From an uncultured Gemmataceae bacterium (lineage in GTDB: Bacteria; Planctomycetota; Planctomycetia; Gemmatales; Gemmataceae), in assembly GCA_963750165.1 (NCBI GenBank), contig CAVVPN010000003.1:2816001-2880000 (forward strand): a DNA stretch of 64,000 nucleotides, written 5' to 3'. Below are positions 61,400 through 64,000 of the stretch, piece after piece. A model generated the notes under the pieces. The model did not search any database and had not been told where the DNA came from. It saw nothing but the letters and a program-made list of their open reading frames with translations. Position 1 is the stretch's first letter. Every line of letters starts with the position of its first letter. A program made the translations under genes and the position numbers.

Positions 61400-64000
61400 T
61401 CAACGGCCCCTCTCCACCACATGCAGCAGCACATGAAAGTCCGGCCGCGTCCGCACCGGCGCCAGGGCCGAGTGGTTGCGCAGCACGTCCGCATCGCGGT
61501 AGCCCTGGGTGACTGCCTCGCGCAGCAGTGCCATCGCCTGATCCGCATAGGCACGCCGCTGCGCCTGTTCCTCCTGCGACAACTCCATCTTGCCAGTGCC
61601 CACCATTGGCACCAGCCGCGCTACGTCGATACCCATGCTGACCAGATCCTTGGGGTTGTCCCCCACGTACTCCCGCCGCTTACACGTCGCCGCCAGCGAC
61701 TCGGCCAGGCGGCCGTCCAGGCGCAGGGCCGCCGCCAGGGCGGTGTAGTAAACGTTGAGGGCGTTGCGGTAGCGCGGCACCGTCGGCGCCGCCGCCAGGT
61801 TGCGCTCCTGCAGGCGGATCGCCCGGCGGATCACCTCCGCACCGGCGACCGGCTGCCCCGCCTGGGCCAGGGTGATGCCGAGGTTGTTCAGGAACATGGA
61901 CAGGTCGGCACGCATCACGAGGTTGTCCGGCTGCACCGCCACGACGATTTCCTGATGATACCGGGCCAGTTCGTAGCAGCGCAGCGCCTGCGCGGGCCGC
62001 GGATTGCCGTAGAACTTCGTGCCCAGCGTGTGGTAGTTCTGCGCCAGCCCGTTGCGCAGCCGCCAGTCGTCGGGACGCTCCTGCACCAGCTGCTGCCGCA
62101 GCGCCGTCGCGTGGTTCATGCTCCGCAGGGCGTTTTCGGGATCGTTCGCCGCCAGCTGGGCCTCGGCCAGGTGTCGCCAGCTGCTGGCGACCTCGCGACG
62201 CAGGGCCAGGTCGTTGCCGTGAGCCTCGGCGAGTTGCTCGAAAAAGGCCACCGCCTCCCAGGCGCGACACAGCGACTCATCGACCCGGTTCAACCGTCGC
62301 AGCATCGTGACCAGTTCGGCGTAGTGGGTGTGCAGGTGCGTGCAGTGACCGGCCGTGTGCGGTGACCGCTCCACGGCGATGCGTTCGTGGGCCACCGCCT
62401 CGGCGAACGCGGACAGCCCCTCGACGGGGCGCTTCAGTTCCGTCAGCACCCAGCCCAGCTCCTGCAACGTGCCGGCGTGGGCGTCGCGCACGTCCAGGTT
62501 TTCCGGGTTAACCTGCAACAGCCCCACGCGCAGGTCACGCGACCGCCGTAGCGGCTCCAGCGACTTCGTCCGCTGGTTCTGGGCCACGTGTACCTTGGCG
62601 AGGTAGAAGCAGGTACGGGCCAGCTCCTCGTGATACTCCGCCACCTGGCTGTGCTTCTTGACCAGCGCCTCCTGCAGGCCGCGCGCCTCCAGGTAGAGCG
62701 GCAGCGCCTGAGCGTGGCGGCGCTGCTGACGCTCGGCGTGGCCCAGCGACCGCAGACAGGCCGCCAGGAAACTGCGGTAGTCGGCCACACTCGGGCTCTC
62801 CTTCGCACATTTCCGCCAGTGTTGCTCGGCCGCCCGCAGTGCCTGGATGCCCTCGGCATAGCGGCCCATCGTCACCAGCCGGTCGCCGACGCGCCGCTGG
62901 TTCAGGGCCAGGTCGTATTGCAGCCGCAGGTTTTTGGGCTGCGCCTTGACCAGCTCCAGCTGGATGGACCGGGCCAGTTCGTAGCACTCCAGCGCCTTGT
63001 GGCTGTCGCCGCGGGCGGCGTGCAGCACGCCCAGGTTGATGTGACAGACGGCCAGGTCGGCACGCAGGTGGACGGCCTTCGGATCCTTCGCGAGTAGTTC
63101 GCGGAGCAACTGGTGCGTCGTCTCGAACGTCGTGGTCGAGTCGTCCAGGTCTCCCAGCGTGCGCTGGATGCCGCCCTTGTTGGTGTGGGCGATGGCCAGC
63201 GACTTTTTGGCCCAGGCGCCCCGTTCCGGGTGGTTGCGCAACGGCATCAGCAGGGCACAAGCACGGTCATAATCCTTCAGGGCCGCGCGGGCCTGGTTGA
63301 GCGATTGCTTGACCTGACCGCCGTTGATGTAGGCGTCCGCCAGCTGGGCCTGCAGTTTGGCGTTGTCAGGCTGGGCGTCCAGCAGTTGCTGGAATAACTG
63401 CTGCGACTGCTGGTAAGCGGCCAACGCCTTCTCCTGGGGGCCGATCCGGTTCGTGATGGCCCCGACGCGGAAATAGGTCAGGGCCAACTCCTCGCGCAAC
63501 TGCGGGTCGTCGCCGCGCTGCTTCAGGAACTTCTCGTAATAGCGCAGGGCTGACTCCAGCAGTTCCTTGCGCAGCGGCTCCAGCCCGGGCACGTCGCGCA
63601 ACCCCCCCTCGCTCAGGCGGCGGACCATGTCGTTGATGACGGCGCGCGCCTGCCGGTAACTGGTCTCCTCCTTCTTGTGGGCCGCCCCTTCATTCTGCCG
63701 GGCCACCTCCTCCTTCTTGCGAGCCTCCTCTTTCTCCATCACGAGACGTTCGACGCGGGTGCGCTGCTCGTCGGCCCGGTGGTAGTTGGCCTCGGCCGTC
63801 TCGGCGTGCGCCTCGGCGACCTGCCACTGCCACGTCGCCAGGCCGCCGCCAGCCAGCAGTGACAGCAGCAGCGCCGCCGCCAGGGCGGCGACGATCGGCT
63901 TGCGACGGCACCAGCGCCAGAAGCGCTCCGGCGTCCGCACCGGCCGGGCCAGGATCGGCTCGACGTTCAGGTAGCGCTCCAGGTCGTCCGCCAGCGCCGC
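61400..64000 (-). CDS. C-terminal part of a Ser/Thr kinase-TPR protein (5' end lies outside the window)
   Basis: AALADDLERYL..EPILARP...R.WRWCRRKP kinase tail, TM, LR..LLE.AL.YY, TPR repeats, terminal A...LR.AV..GY.D....R..F. Confidence 0.9.
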   Translation of the reverse strand, partial: AALADDLERYLNVEPILARPVRTPERFWRWCRRKPIVAALAAALLLSLLAGGGLATWQWQVAEAHAETAEANYHRADEQRTRVERLVMEKEEARKKEEVARQNEGAAHKKEETSYRQARAVINDMVRRLSEGGLRDVPGLEPLRKELLESALRYYEKFLKQRGDDPQLREELALTYFRVGAITNRIGPQEKALAAYQQSQQLFQQLLDAQPDNAKLQAQLADAYINGGQVKQSLNQARAALKDYDRACALLMPLRNHPERGAWAKKSLAIAHTNKGGIQRTLGDLDDSTTTFETTHQLLRELLAKDPKAVHLRADLAVCHINLGVLHAARGDSHKALECYELARSIQLELVKAQPKNLRLQYDLALNQRRVGDRLVTMGRYAEGIQALRAAEQHWRKCAKESPSVADYRSFLAACLRSLGHAERQQRRHAQALPLYLEARGLQEALVKKHSQVAEYHEELARTCFYLAKVHVAQNQRTKSLEPLRRSRDLRVGLLQVNPENLDVRDAHAGTLQELGWVLTELKRPVEGLSAFAEAVAHERIAVERSPHTAGHCTHLHTHYAELVTMLRRLNRVDESLCRAWEAVAFFEQLAEAHGNDLALRREVASSWRHLAEAQLAANDPENALRSMNHATALRQQLVQERPDDWRLRNGLAQNYHTLGTKFYGNPRPAQALRCYELARYHQEIVVAVQPDNLVMRADLSMFLNNLGITLAQAGQPVAGAEVIRRAIRLQERNLAAAPTVPRYRNALNVYYTALAAALRLDGRLAESLAATCKRREYVGDNPKDLVSMGIDVARLVPMVGTGKMELSQEEQAQRRAYADQAMALLREAVTQGYRDADVLRNHSALAPVRTRPDFHVLLHVVERGR

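Overview
High-GC chromosomal segment, very likely from a planctomycete of the Gemmataceae type. The evidence is the LExLExR-leader giant protein, a DUF1559 pilin-like gene, a TIGR03067-like gene, DWG-type Ser/Thr kinase-TPR proteins and secreted HEAT-repeat proteins. The first 23 kb is a cell-surface/exosortase locus: a 2888-aa repetitive surface protein ending in an S53 protease, a polysaccharide deacetylase, a PAP-variant PEP-CTERM protein, two paralogous ~1400-aa membrane-anchored TPR proteins, an epimerase, an exosortase and an EpsI-like protein. The middle holds housekeeping and accessory genes (S8 and M48 proteases, frr, pyrH, PTS enzyme I, RdgC-like, Mo-hydroxylase large subunit, HEAT pair, aldo/keto reductase, hydrolase, kinase, Uma2, ArnT-like, PilZ, DJ-1, dihydroorotase). 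Near the end are a low-GC two-gene islet (EEP nuclease plus partner) and a MamK-like actin with no other magnetosome genes, preceded by a Pro-rich single-pass membrane protein with a C-terminal coiled coil; this pair is the best candidate for a new system. About 18 frame breaks in about 12 otherwise intact genes look like long-read indel errors. Many intergenic gaps carry REP/MITE-like palindromes from about 9 families. No rRNA, tRNA or CRISPR array was seen. All family calls come from motif recognition by eye, not from database searches.
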